Of a stretch of 64,000 nucleotides of DNA, positions 26,680-45,959 are shown one piece after another (positions within the stretch are counted from its first letter, which is position 1; each line of letters opens with the position of its first letter). The position numbers and the translations under genes are program-made. Under the pieces are notes generated by a model. That model was not told where the DNA came from. It saw only the letters and a list, made by a program, of their open reading frames with translations, and made no database searches. Source of the DNA: Eledone cirrhosa (lineage: Eukaryota); assembly GCA_964016885.1 (NCBI GenBank), contig OZ024743.1:266538001-266602000 (forward strand), read 5' to 3'.

Positions 26680-26862
26680 ATACCTTCCTGCCAGATTGTT
26701 GAACGTATATACTTACCTTATGCATATTAACGGCTGAGTAGCCCAATTTGCATATCGAGTGGGTTAATCGGCCGGGTACACCGAAAACGATAAACGGAAA
26801 AAATGAAACGAAATTCCATTTCCCACTCTTAGTACGGCTGTTACTTAAATATAAGTATGTAT

Positions 26863-26905
26863 ACCTTGCTGACAATAGCTAATAATCTTGAAACTAGTAC
26901 AGCGT
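26863..26905 (+). ncRNA. Mutated family B hammerhead (CTGACAA core)
   Basis: accttg-CTGACAA-tagctaataatctt-GAAACTAGTA-cagcgt. Confidence 0.6.
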
Positions 26906-27022
26906 TCCTTTGTCAGTGTTGAACAAACGAACAACGATGGTTGCTAGACACTACGGCTTAATACGGGATGTTTGTTTACAAACACACCGAGCATTATAAT
27001 AAATGTTCGGTGAATCCATACG

Positions 27023-27053
<31 letters not shown>

Positions 27054-28799
27054 ATGTATGTATATATATATATACATACTACTGTACGTCTGTATACATA
27101 TATGTATGTACGTGTACATACTTATATTTAAGTAACAGCCGTACTAAGAGTGGGAAATGAAATTTCGTTTCATTTTTTCCTTTTATATATATATATATAT
27201 ACAGAATACATACATTAATACATGCATGTGTAAATAAACAATTATTGAGCATGTCGGCTGTCACGCTTTGTCGTTGATCTTGAAAGTTAATTTGTCCTGC
27301 AATTTTTACTTTACATATTTTGCAGTGAATTTTCTATGGGTGTGTCGGGGGTGCCAGGAATCAAATGATTTACCGCATTGTTTTTTTATTCCCTTCATGC
27401 GTTAGTTTTCTTTCCTTTGATATTCCATCTGATAGACAGGTAGCATAACTGGTTTCACTGGATCAATAAAATTATTTAATGTTTAATGTGAAATATAATT
27501 TATCGTTAAAATTAGTTTAAAATGGAGTATTCTATGTTGTGTATATGCAAGTGTATTTATTCTGTCTGTGTCTTTTTCAACTTCTCTAGATAAACGTATA
27601 TTTATACCTCATCAGTAGATTTAAGTTGACGTTATGTATTCCTACATTATTCTTAAACTAGAGATATATAGAAAAAATGAAACGAACTACTAACTGTGAA
27701 TGCAATTGCGCCTCATCATTAATTTGACAATCCTTCACAGCACCAATTCACATTCTGCGATATAAAATTACGAATGAGAAATAAAAAATATAACACGTTT
27801 ACACAATGCACCCAAACAAAAAATGTGCCTACCTTATGTTATATATGCTGTTTAAGCCTTCACAGATTTATATTACCGGTAGTTGAATCTCTAATTGGAT
27901 GCGATTTAAGTTCCTATTTTACTAAGGATGGTTTAAATATAGAAATCTCGCATGTAAATAAAGAGTATATAATCCAGGGTATACCAAGACATTACTAGAC
28001 ATGCATTAGAAAAATATATCAACCAATTTAGTCAAACTGATATGGCTTAAGCAGCACAAAGAAAATAATACACAGGCCAAACATTTCGTATACTACAAAA
28101 GCCAGATTTTATAGAAATGTCACATAGACGTCATTCAAAAACAACACAAAATATGCATCGATCATAACAATGCAACCATAGAAAAATAAAAGCCTCCTCA
28201 TTAACTTACCACAACAGTTTTATAAACAAACAGATTTTATTAGAAATATCCAAAATGATATATAACTTCAATGCAAATTTTTACATGTTATAAAAATATT
28301 AAACTTGCCGTCGGTTTACCATGCATTTACAAGTATCCATCTAAAAATCTTACTGTAGATGCAACAAATTATATGGGACTATATTAATTGATAACTTTGT
28401 GATATTTCGCATAAAAGGGGGTAGAATCTCTACTAATATAGAATAACAAGCAAACATGAGAAGCTGCAGTAAGAATACGTGAAACCAATGGGTATAACAG
28501 GCTTTTTCAGACATGAGTACATTTTAAATCAAAATCAACAACCACCTACCAATCCTAGGATACATTACGGCAACGTCTAGGGACGTGATCAATACCCCAC
28601 TAGTATGACTATTAGGATTATGAAAATGGAACCGTGAAAGTTTACTATGCATTTACATTTGATTAGTGACGGTTATGCGGTACGTATCAAATTTCAAGAA
28701 ATGGCTATTTAAGCCAATAGCTGATAATCTACATATATAAAGTCTACACATTGTATTGAATACACTGAGTTGTCGTTTGAATAAATATAGACATGTGTG

Positions 28800-29757
<958 letters not shown>

Positions 29758-29917
29758 AGAGAGAGAGAGAAATAGAAAGATCGTAGGCCCTCGTTGGTCA
29801 CGGATGACCAAGCCTTTGCACCTGAAAACGGATGAAAATTTCAAAAACATCATCTTTGACCGTTCCCTTTTCGTTTTAGTTTGGATTGCCTCGAGAACGT
29901 AACCTTACTATTCAATG

Positions 29918-29992
29918 AGGCTCTGATGAGATCATGGACTGGTTGTGCGGAATCGCGTGGCCACTGTCGTCATTGAAATATGTATCACAGCC
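29918..29992 (+). ncRNA. Degenerate hammerhead-like motif in a short element (~29773-30035)
   Basis: ggct-CTGATGA-gat...att-GAAA-tatgta-TC-acagcc; stem I imperfect. Confidence 0.4.
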
Positions 29993-30097
29993 ATATCAAT
30001 AAAGGACTTTAACATCGGCTAATACTTCGTATTTTCTTATTCTACACTCACACACACGTGCGCACACATTCACACACACACGCACGCACGCGCGCGC

Positions 30098-30196
<99 letters not shown>

Positions 30197-30284
30197 GTAT
30201 ATTTGACAATATATCGTATGTTTAATTAAACACATTTAGAAGACCATACGCTATCAATTCTAAAGTAGTGACTATGTCACTTAC

Positions 30285-30404
30285 TTCTTTTCGGTGAAAG
30301 AAGGGAGAGAAGCTGACAATCTGTTTCAAGCTGGTTGCCGTTTATCAGAGCCACGTACGCCGATGGTTCACCAACGTGTGTAACGCTATACATTCCAGAC
30401 AACT
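30285..30404 (-). CDS. Candidate 120 nt host exon (phase 1-1), LSGMYSVTHVGEPSAYVALINGNQLETDCQLLSLLSPKR
   Basis: Acceptor tctctttatattctcttag, perfect donor GTAAGT, exactly one open frame, length divisible by 3. Confidence 0.45.
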
Positions 30405-30692
30405 CTAAGAGAATATAAAGAGACCATCCAGCTACAATGAAAAATCTATCAACCCCGCCCTATCCTCTCTGCATCACATTGCATAACTTAATAGATCTTC
30501 CAGTTCAAATTTTGCTCGGGTGTCCCTAACAAAATAAACTAACATTTTTTTTTAAATCTCCTATTCTAAACATCCATCTCTGAAACGTTTATCGTCTTTC
30601 CAGCTATATAATATCCTTCCATACCGGCTTCATTTATTCTATCAATTGTGAGACTACTTTTGATATTACTTATTTCCCCTACAAACAACTAA

Positions 30693-30769
<77 letters not shown>

Positions 30770-30896
30770 CATATTAATATATAAGGGAACAATGAATCAG
30801 CGTTGCATATGTTCACTATCGGTCACCTCGAGAAACAATCTATTAATGACAGAACCTGACTCTGGAATCGGAAGCTCCTCATATATATGTTGATAT

Positions 30897-30911
30897 ATAG
30901 TAATAATAATA

Positions 30912-30979
<68 letters not shown>

Positions 30980-31186
30980 ATAATAATGTGAAGATTAAAA
31001 TCCAATGAGGACTCGATAAGGATAAATATACATCAAATATATAAGAACCCGAGAGCAAATATTTATTAAAATACAGATTAAAGTTTAAGCAAATAATCAC
31101 TACTTTTCCCCTTAACGGGATCCTGAGAAGATGCCGTTAAGGGTGAAAGCACCGATTCTTTGCTTAAACTTTAATCTGTTATTTTA

Positions 31187-31188
<2 letters not shown>
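30897..31188 (-). mobile_element. Family E copy with fold-back end
   Basis: Inverted arms centred on cccttaacgg-gatcctgagaagatg-ccgttaaggg (~31108-31143). Confidence 0.7.
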
Positions 31189-31235
<47 letters not shown>

Positions 31236-31397
31236 AGTGTGTGTGTGAGTGTGTGTGTGTGAGTGCGTGTGCGTATGTGTGTGCGTATGTGTGTGTGTAT
31301 ATATGTGTGTGTGTGCGTATGTATGCATGTATATATTTAATTATATGAGTATAAAGAAAGTGTCCAAGCGCAGAAATGCGATAAATATGTGTTATAT

Positions 31398-31543
31398 AAT
31401 AGGGTGAAGACCCCTAGATAAGGGAAACAGAATTTATATCTTCCAGGTATCTTCTAGCCACTATCTGGAAAATATGGGGTTCAATTCCTCATATGGGTCG
31501 TTGGTAAATTCTTTTTCCGACTTTTAAGGTTGTCCACCTTATT
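31398..31543 (+). ncRNA. Degenerate hammerhead with ~100 nt stem III insertion, core lacking CTG, within inverted-ended element 31335-31640
   Basis: 9 bp stem I aatagggtg/caccttatt; AAGA-c-cct agata agg-GAAA-cag...ttg-TC. Confidence 0.5.
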
Positions 31544-31637
31544 TTATTAGCTACCTTTCTGCGCTTAAGCACTTTCTTTTTACTTATATAATTATATATA
31601 ATCTCATCGCTTCAAAAGCCGAGAATTCGGCTTCGTA

Positions 31638-31738
<101 letters not shown>

Positions 31739-32227
31739 GATCTCATTTAAACGTCGACCCTTGTATGATTAATTGTTGTATTTGTTATTCTTCTTAATTT
31801 TTTATTTTATTTTTCTAGGACTTGACTTCTGATATTTTCTTTGTAAGCAACGTTTTTGTATTAGCACCTAAAGTACTACCGTGGGCACCCGAGCGGCCCA
31901 CTTGCCATCAGGCAAGCTGACGACCTGGACAGTGTCTACTGCATACATATATATAATTGAACGCGCGTGTGTATGTGCACGCATATAGGTATATGAAAAA
32001 TCTTTGACGCTGCCGTACATCATTCAGAGATTCATCTCGAGGAAAATACATCATGTATCATCCAGATAAAATTCATAGCCGACATCTGATTAGATACAAG
32101 AATTTGGTACAAATAAAATTCCACATAATGGCTTTTTAAATCAATAGCTGATCGTTAACACACAAAAAACATCTACACATTGTATTGAATCCACCGAGCA
32201 TTTGTTTGAACACATATAATCATGTGT

Positions 32228-32295
<68 letters not shown>

Positions 32296-32458
32296 ACTGC
32301 ATGTATGTACATACCTACGTATGTATGTATGTATGTATAAATATATTTATATATATACATACATGCATGCATACATACGTAGGTACGTACATACATACAT
32401 ACACACACATATATCTATATATATGTGTGTATGTGCGTGTGTGTGTGTGGGAGGGATC

Positions 32459-32537
<79 letters not shown>

Positions 32538-33008
32538 CGTGTGTGTGTGTGTGTGTGTTTTGTGTGTGTGTGTGTGTGTGTGTGTGTAACGTTAGATTTC
32601 ATCAATCTCTGTCCCCATGTTCAAAGATTTCTATGAAAGAAATAGAAGAAACCAACCTTTGCCTGTTTAAAACAATTCTGTCACCACGTAATCCACTCAG
32701 GAATATTGCTATCACATAAGAACTTCCTTATGTATCCTGTTATCGAATTCAATAATATTTAATCTGCCAACCTCATTTGGATCCTACAAATCTTAGCTAA
32801 ATTTATTTTCTGAAATAATATTTGTTTTTCTTTTATCACCCTATATATCAAATCATCTCAACCGCTATATTGATTACCTTTCCTACTTCCCATGCTTGAA
32901 TTCCTTCGCACGTGAAAAGACCACAACCATCAAAGAGTTTGTCAATAAAGGCTGAGAATTTGAAATGTTATTCGGAAATATCAGACACCACAGTTACTGC
33001 AATAAATA

Positions 33009-33136
<128 letters not shown>

Positions 33137-33139
33137 AAT

Positions 33140-33965
33140 ATATATACATATGAAATATAGAGGTTTACATATACATAAACTAGACAGAGCCATATACATA
33201 TATATATATATATATGTTTTTGAAAACCATTCACGGTGTGGTTCAATGGCGAATTAATTAATTAAATAAAGAAATTGACTAGACATGTAGCTAACCATAC
33301 ACAATTAAGTACAACATCAAAGCTAGAAGAAAAAGTGCCAAAAAACATATATATACATATATATATATATATATCTGTCTTGTTTATGTAAATGTAAACC
33401 TCTATATTTTATATACTCCTGTAAGGTTGAGTAAAACTTTAGGCAGTATTCGGCTGCGCTTTCTAGCAACCAGCCTACTCGCCGTCAGGCACCAATCACA
33501 AGCTTTCTGACTTGATCACTGGCCATGTGACAATTCTTAGCCATTTTGAATTCGTTTCTGGCGGGGATCATTTAAGAAAAATCTTTGTCCAATTGAGTAT
33601 TTTTCCTGACGATTTCGAAACTCGTTGATTTAGCCATGATCGGATATTTCCAAAAAGCGATTGAACCTCCGGGGGTAGAAACATGATTTTGGTATGTTTA
33701 TGTACATTCTTTCTTCTAACTTTGATTTTGTACCTAATTGTGTATGGTTAACTATATGTTTAGTCAATTTCTACGAGCTATTAGAAATACAAGGTAAATC
33801 TTCTGTGGCTGTGGATCGCGGATAAAATAGTTATCATTTATTTATCTATTGTTTCTTCATAGGTACATTTTAAACTTATAGCCTCATTTTATTGATTTTG
33901 TATGTGGTTGATTATGCTGTTTGGGAGAAGAAATACTGTATATATATTATCAAATGATTCTATGG
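33140..33965 (+). mobile_element. Family D: inverted deleted segment (33140-33345) plus plus-strand unit (33373-33965) with HHR at 33602-33681
   Basis: ggctgcgctttctagcaaccagcc shared with other D copies; tttc-CTGACGA-tttcg...cgatt-GAA-cctccggggg-TA-gaaa. Confidence 0.8.
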
Positions 33966-34000
33966 ACTTACTTTCTTATATATATACAGATATTTATATA

Positions 34001-34160
<160 letters not shown>

Positions 34161-34169
34161 TATATATAT

Positions 34170-34266
<97 letters not shown>

Positions 34267-34269
34267 ATG

Positions 34270-38400
<4,131 letters not shown>

Positions 38401-38561
38401 TCGTTGTACTTATGGTATTTTAATTCACTAATTAAGTTAACTTGGTCTTTCAATCGGTACAACCTTTAAGTAGTTGATATCATTTCTTCACTCCTGATGT
38501 AATCGACGAAAGTCAATTTCCCCCCTGCTTTTGGTATCTTGTACTGCACATTTACATTCAC

Positions 38562-38770
38562 CTTTTCTTTTTCATTTCAATTCTCGTTGTAAATGTTCTC
38601 GTTTCTATACCCTACGGTCGAAAAGACATCTGTAAATTTTTCCGATTTATTCTTTTTGTTTGTTACTGTCTCACATGCAACAATAAAGCTGGCTGAGGTT
38701 TCTGGTGCCAACTGCGAGCAATGTGGTTGCTCAAGTAACGGTGCATTTGTCTGTTCATGTTATGTAACTG

Positions 38771-38844
<74 letters not shown>

Positions 38845-39532
38845 GAGGGAGGGGGGAGAGGGAGAGAAAGAGATGTATATATAGGAATTGTAGATACATA
38901 TGCCTACATGTATACTTATGCACCTATGTTTGCCAATGTATCAGTCTTTGTAGATATCTATATGTATACAAACACTCACATGCATATAATTATGTTTATA
39001 TATATATATATATATATATATACGTATATATATGTATATGTGTGTGTGTCTGTATTTGTGTGTATATATGTTTGTGTCTGTGTGTGTGTGTGCAGAGAGA
39101 TTAAGAGACAAACAAATAGATAGATAGTTGCATGTTACCCGTACCCATGTAAACATTCCAGTGTGGAATGTAAGACAAAAACAATAACATCAGAATTAAG
39201 TAGAACGAATACAACAACAAAGGCAAGATTTTCAAACAGAACAACAAGAACAGCATCATCGCAGCAGTGATAACAATAGCAAAAATGGGAAGAATGACCA
39301 TAACAACCATATCGACTAACAGCAATGGATGGTAACACAAGTTTGCTCAGTTATTTTTTTTCTTCTTTCTACAGAGAGAAACATCTTGTGAAGGAACAAT
39401 GCCTATTGAGAGTTTCATGATAAACAGAGCAGTCATTGTTTAGTTCGCGTTCTTTGCTTACTCTATTGTGTGTGTAGTACAGCTCTCGTGCATCATTTAC
39501 TGTGCAATGGTTGTACAAGTGATGTTGTAGAG
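38562..39532 (-). CDS. Two phase-compatible candidate exons: 39462-39532 (LQHHLYNHCTVNDARELYYTHNR) and 38562-38611 (GIETRTFTTRIEMKKK)
   Basis: ctatttcag/gtaagc and cttttcgaccgtag/gtgaat splice-like sites; phases 1-0 then 0-2; no homology recognised. Confidence 0.2.
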
Positions 39533-39672
39533 CTGAAATAGTTTTGACTGTTATATGTATCAATCATAGGAGTGTATTTATCATCTATAAGTATATACCT
39601 TATGGTATATATAGCATCATGTAAATGTTCTCTGATGTAATATCTCTGTATATATGCTGTATATACTCTCTA

Positions 39673-39708
<36 letters not shown>

Positions 39709-39789
39709 TAACACACAAATACAAACATATATATATATATGTGTATCTCTGTGTGTGTATGTATGTATATATATATATATATGTGTATG

Positions 39790-40142
<353 letters not shown>

Positions 40143-40181
40143 AATATTAATAAACGAAGACGTTCACATAATCAAAATATA

Positions 40182-40247
40182 TATTTTATTATATATATTT
40201 CGGAGGAACTGTTCTGTTTTTTCAGTACGTCCTCATCAGATAAAATA
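40182..40247 (-). ncRNA. Type I hammerhead ribozyme with (TA) palindromic stem III
   Basis: Reverse complement: tattttat-CTGATGA-gga...tcc-GAAA-tatata-TA-ataaaata. Confidence 0.85.
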
Positions 40248-40430
40248 CATGAATTGATGTATGGCATACCTCAACTGTCTTGATGGTTCAATTTCAGTCT
40301 TGGCAGAAAACCTTTCATTGTAGAGTGCTTTTAATCTATTGTAAAACTATATTCATTGTGTAATCAATGAACTATATTAATCTTTGGTTATATATGTATA
40401 TGTATGTATGTATATATATATATATAAATA

Positions 40431-40501
<71 letters not shown>

Positions 40502-40502
40502 G

Positions 40503-40565
<63 letters not shown>

Positions 40566-40569
<4 letters not shown>

Positions 40570-40777
40570 GAAGAATTAGAAATAGAAGCCCGGACTATCC
40601 GTCATCAGTGGTCTACTAGCCATTATAGGTATTTCTTCGCATTATCGACCATATGCCTCAGGCTAGGGCGATGCAATAACTAAGAAGTATATGGTCTGTA
40701 ATGCGAAGAAATAACTATGATGGCTAGTAGACCACTGATGACGGATAGTCCTGGCTTCTATTTCTAATTCTTCATTT
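40566..40777. repeat. Inverted repeat, ~88 bp arms and ~35 bp spacer, in (TA)n
   Basis: aaatgaagaattagaaatagaagcc...gaccatat / atatggtc...ggcttctatttctaattcttcattt. Confidence 0.9.
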
Positions 40778-40847
40778 TTATATATATCATATTTGCAACA
40801 AAACAGCTCGCCATTTTTCATTTATACATATATATATATATATAAAT

Positions 40848-42691
40848 CAGGAAAGAAGAGTGACACGGTTGCTATACAAAAAAGGTTTTTAATCTCATTG
40901 CTGGCAATTATTTCTCTGAACTGATATGTCTAGAGATCGCTACCCGCTTATTTTCACGTTATTCGATCACCAATACAAAGTTATAACCAGTCAATTCATC
41001 GGAGCTTGTGAGAATGAAAAGAATATACAGGCATGGCTACTATATATAGTAGTAATGGCATTCATCAGAACAATAACAACAATACTAACAATGCGAACAA
41101 TAAATTATTTGAAATAATCACAACATCAATCTAGGTGGGAAGTATAGTATATCTACGATTTTAGCGTGTAAATCTAGCTGACATGAGGCAGATGTATCAA
41201 ATTGACATGTAAAAGCTGTCATGGGGTGTATTATATCTAGTGTAAAGATAATCCGGTGGCTTTAAACAATGTAGGTCTGGTGGCCGTAAGAATCTTTATT
41301 ATCTGACAGATGAAGAATTTATCACTGTAGTGAGGATAGTAATATTGGTGTGGTCTATATTAGATGAAAGGGTTGTCTAGCTTTCTCATCATCAATAAAA
41401 TACATGTATAAGACAACATTAACAGAGTAGCAATATAATGGGCAAGTTAATACAGAGGTTAAGGAGGCAATATATATATATACATACATGCACACAAACA
41501 TATATATATATATATATATACACATACACATATATACATACATATAAAGAGAAAATATGCTGACTATAATTATAACAGGAGGAAGGTAAACTTCTGTTGT
41601 AATAGTATTTTGAAATGTTCTTGGATTTAGGTTCATGTGCTGACAGCAGCTGAGAAGAGATATGTTTATGGGTTGATGAGGTACTTACACACATTAGTGT
41701 GGTACAGAACTAAGAAGGCTAGAATATACTTAATGATTATATTTCTGTGGTGGTTCGTGCAGTGTAGTGGGTATCCTAATTTGAAAGCTAAGTTACGTCG
41801 GTTCGATTCTTGTGAATATGTGTATATTGGATGGATGAAACAGGTAAAAGGGTAAAAGAGATATATATGTTTGTGTGCATGTATGTATATATATTGCCTC
41901 CTTAACCTCTGTATTAACTTGCCCATTATATTGCTACTCTGTTAATGTTGTCTTATACATGTATGTTATTGATGATGAGAAAGCTAGACAACCCTTTCAT
42001 CTAATATAGACCACACAAATATTACTATCCTCACTAGAGTGATAAATTCTTTATCTGTCAGATAATAAAGATTCTTACGGCCACCAGACCTACATTGTTT
42101 AAAGCCACTGGCTTATCTTTACACTAGATATAATACACCCCATGACAGCTTTTACATGTCAATTTTATACATCTGCCTCATATCAGCTAGTTTTACACGC
42201 TAAAATCGTAGATATACTATACTTCCCACCTAGATTGATGTTGTGATTATTTCAAATAATTTATTGCTAGCATTGTTAGTATTGTTGTTATTGTTCTGAT
42301 TGAATGCCATTACTACTATATATAGTAGCCATGCCTGTATATTCTTTTCATTCTCACAAGCTCCGATGAATTGACTGGTTATAACTTTGTATTGGTGATC
42401 GAATAACGTGAAAATAAGCGGGTAGCGATCTCTAGACCTACCAGTTCAGAGAAATAATTGTCAGCGATGAGATTAAAAACCTTTTTTGTATAGCAAACCG
42501 TGTCATTCTTCTTTCCTGAATTATCATTACTCCAAGTGTTTACAACATAGGAATTACAGCGTACTCGCAGCATTACTATGGAAACGCCTTGTTAAGTCAA
42601 ACTTAGCCAAGCGTTGATATCATCCACTACCCGGAGTACCATAACTGGACTACACTTAAGTGGACTACCTATAAAAATAATTTGTTACCCC

Positions 42692-42692
<1 letters not shown>
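40848..42692 (-). mobile_element. PLE 3' fragment with ~650 bp inverted duplication of its terminal repeat
   Basis: 40848-41503 is the reverse complement of 41858-42518; minus-strand spacer carries a decayed PLE C-terminal remnant (LINP..YLFS, CCQHMN). Confidence 0.7.
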
Positions 42693-42731
<39 letters not shown>

Positions 42732-42733
<2 letters not shown>

Positions 42734-43325
42734 TAACTGAACACAAAAGAGAAAAACGAACACAGACGTATACATATGTGTGTTCAAATCGTAATGGACC
42801 AGATTCGCTAAGGTGAAAAGAATACTAACTACAGACAATAGGGTTTGTTTGCTAGACTCAATTTAAGAATAAATCAAGGAAAATTAATACAAACCAGAGT
42901 TGTGGTAACTACCGATCACCCGGACTGTTTTGATAATGCTGTTCCGCAATATTATTTGTGAAGAGGAATACCCAAATCCTAGCTCATCAGCAGCGGGTGA
43001 AGAACTATTAGTATCCTGGTCACTTCTAAATATAATAAAAAACACTGGATAGTGTCCGTATATTTAACGCACATGGTTCCAGAACTTAGCGTTTCTCACA
43101 GACTCATGCCACTAAAAATAGCAGCCGGATTTACTCGACATTTGAATTAGCTCGACGAATTAACGGAACCGAATATATCAAAGGCATGTATTGAGTTAGA
43201 AACTCTTTTTTTTAAATTTATTTTTCAGTTATACTATACGGCTCGGAAAAGCCTCTTTCCTAGACCTAATTTACTGTAATGAGACTATTTTGAGTTTATA
43301 ACTCAATACATGCCTTTGCATAGGT
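42732..43325 (-). mobile_element. Family F copy with mutated HHR at 42916-43000 and a short inverted end
   Basis: Homologous to 25480-26345; tcacccg...ctcatcagcagcgggtga. Confidence 0.8.
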
Positions 43326-43394
43326 TTGGAATTGTGTGTATATGTAAATGAACATAAAGGCAGGAATATATATACTTACATACATATATGCATA

Positions 43395-44135
43395 GATGAT
43401 GATGGCTGCCCCCTTGTTATCGAGTATGGCCATTGCACGAGAAAAAACAACATAATAATAACAATAATAATAATAATAACAATAATAATAACGACAACAA
43501 CAATAACAATAATAATATACATATATATGTTCATACACACGCACACACATAAACATATCTACACACACGATATCAATTAACAGCGCTGCGATCGAATGTG
43601 GCTTTTTAGCCCAGCCAATGATCTAAAATATCTTGCACAGAGTTGGCAACCAAAACAGTCACTGGGAATAGCCCGCTATGGTTCGAGTTCATGTACTTTT
43701 GCATGTCATTTGAACCCTCCTGCTGATTTACATTCTACCACACATCTACTTACATCTCAATATAACATGGCTAAAATTCAAATTTTTCAAAGAGAAGTAA
43801 ACGAACAAGTGAACTAGATACATCTCACTGCCCCACGCCACCACAATAACGTCTACACTCTTCCCTACCACGATCAGCAGCAATATTCTCCCATATATCA
43901 GCAGAGATGTTAGCGTCTTTCAGAGAGGCTTTCAAGGAATCCTTATACCTCTTTTTTGGTTTATGTGGCGGTCGTTTTCCTTTAACCAACTCTCCATAAA
44001 AGAGTTGTTTTGGTATTCTAGAATCCTTCATCCTGGCAAGGTGACCATTTCAACGGAGTCGTTGCTTAAGCACAAGAGCTTCTATACTGTCACACATAGA
44101 GCTTTCCAAAATCTCGACATCACTGATGTGGTCTC
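43395..44135 (-). mobile_element. RTE-clade LINE 3' end, microsatellite-interrupted
   Basis: [34 protein letters not shown]; [12 protein letters not shown]; (CAT)n tail at ~43395. Confidence 0.88.
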
Positions 44136-44171
44136 TCCATACATACATACATACATACATACATACATACA

Positions 44172-44207
<36 letters not shown>

Positions 44208-44217
44208 CATATATATA

Positions 44218-44283
<66 letters not shown>

Positions 44284-44749
44284 TGTATGTATGTATATGT
44301 ACAATTTACAATTGTGTACGGTGAAGTAACAAATAAAAACGAATAAACTGTTTAACTAGATTACTGTTAAAATATTTTTCAAAGTTTATATATATTTCCT
44401 AAAACCAGCAAATTGCCAGAAACGTTACGGTATCGGATGGAAAGCTTTGCCTTATTTGTTCCAACCCTCTGCACGTAGAATTCAAATTACACCATGATCA
44501 AATTTGCTTTTCACAGTTTTGTGAATAATAAATACTTTAGCGCGCCAATGTTCGCTATGCTCAATTCTTCTTTTTCTCTCTTTATCCTCTCTCTCACACG
44601 CCCTCACACACACACACTCTCTCTCTCTTTCTGTATATATATATATATATATAGATATATATATATATTTATATATATATATATTATTATATATATATAT
44701 AGTATATATTTATATATATAATATATTTATATATATATATTATGTGTAT

Positions 44750-44780
<31 letters not shown>

Positions 44781-45611
44781 ATAGTAGAATAATCGAGTAT
44801 CGAAAAATCGGCGCACGAGTTCACGATAAACAAAATTCGATATGAGCGGCAGAGGGCTCCATAATTTAGATAAATCAGAGCTATAACTATCGTTAAAATA
44901 CCGTCACACATAGAACAAGTCTATAATCAACCGTACGATCGAAAAGTTGCGATCTGGAAGATTCGGGACACTCAGATAAAAAAATCAATAAATCAATAAA
45001 TCAAATGAATGTAAAAAGCATACCCGGACCCGCTAGAAAGATGTTAAATCTAGCTTCTTGGTTTTCTGTAAATCCTTAAACTGTTCTCTATCAGCTCACA
45101 TAAAAATATATAAGACTTCTAGATACCAGCGGACAGGAAATTTACTTCCTCAACGAGCTTTGTCCAAACGAATGAAAAGGCATAATCCAAGCTAAATACG
45201 CACATGGAATTCGGCAAGGGAGATAACCTCTATATCCGCGAAAAATATTCGGGAAAATGTGGAAATACACATATCGAATAAGAGTGCTCAATAGACATGT
45301 TAAAATAAACAGGAGCTATTCATCGTTTAATAGAATCGACAAAAAATGAACAATAAAATTAATTGGTCAATAGCTAGGTCTAGAGCTAAATATAGTAGAA
45401 TAATCGAGTATCGAAAAATCGGCGCACGAGTTCACGATAAACAAAATTCGATATGAGCGGCAGAGGGCTCCATAATTTAGATAAATCAGAGCTATAACTA
45501 TCGTTAAAATACCGTCACATATAGAACAAGTCTATAATCAACCGTACGATCGAAAAGTTGCGATCTGGAAGATTCGGGACACTCAGATAAAAAATCAATA
45601 AATCAATAAAT
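44781..45611. mobile_element. Family N non-coding partial tandem (611 bp unit, ~220 bp terminal redundancy) in (TA)n
   Basis: atagtagaataatcgagtatcgaaaaatcggcgc at 44781 and 45392; weak minus-strand HHR-like motif at ~45017-45097. Confidence 0.75.
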
Positions 45612-45702
45612 ATGTATATATATATATTTATATATATGTATATATATATATGTGTGTATATATATATATATATAATATATATATATATATATGTGTGTAT
45701 AT

Positions 45703-45817
<115 letters not shown>

Positions 45818-45819
45818 TA

Positions 45820-45876
<57 letters not shown>

Positions 45877-45878
45877 GT

Positions 45879-45909
<31 letters not shown>

Positions 45910-45959
45910 ATATATTTATATATATATTATGTATATATAAATATATACATATATATTTA

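Larger units (their letters stand above)
26431..27185. mobile_element. Family B: one complete 422 bp minus-strand unit joined head-to-head to a plus-strand partial copy
   Basis: aagtatgta recurs at 26431 and 26853; inversion point gtatac at 26859-26864; (TA)n flanks. Confidence 0.85.

Noticed and set aside
27774-27998. 74 aa plus-strand ORF in unique sequence
   Set aside because: No motif or convincing gene structure; length expected by chance
40729-40760. CTGATGA-cgga tag tcc as a hammerhead
   Set aside because: No following GAAA or stem III
42350-42472. Hammerhead in the 650 bp inverted arm (CCGATGA...GAAT...TTGTC)
   Set aside because: Too many core deviations to call without a family alignment
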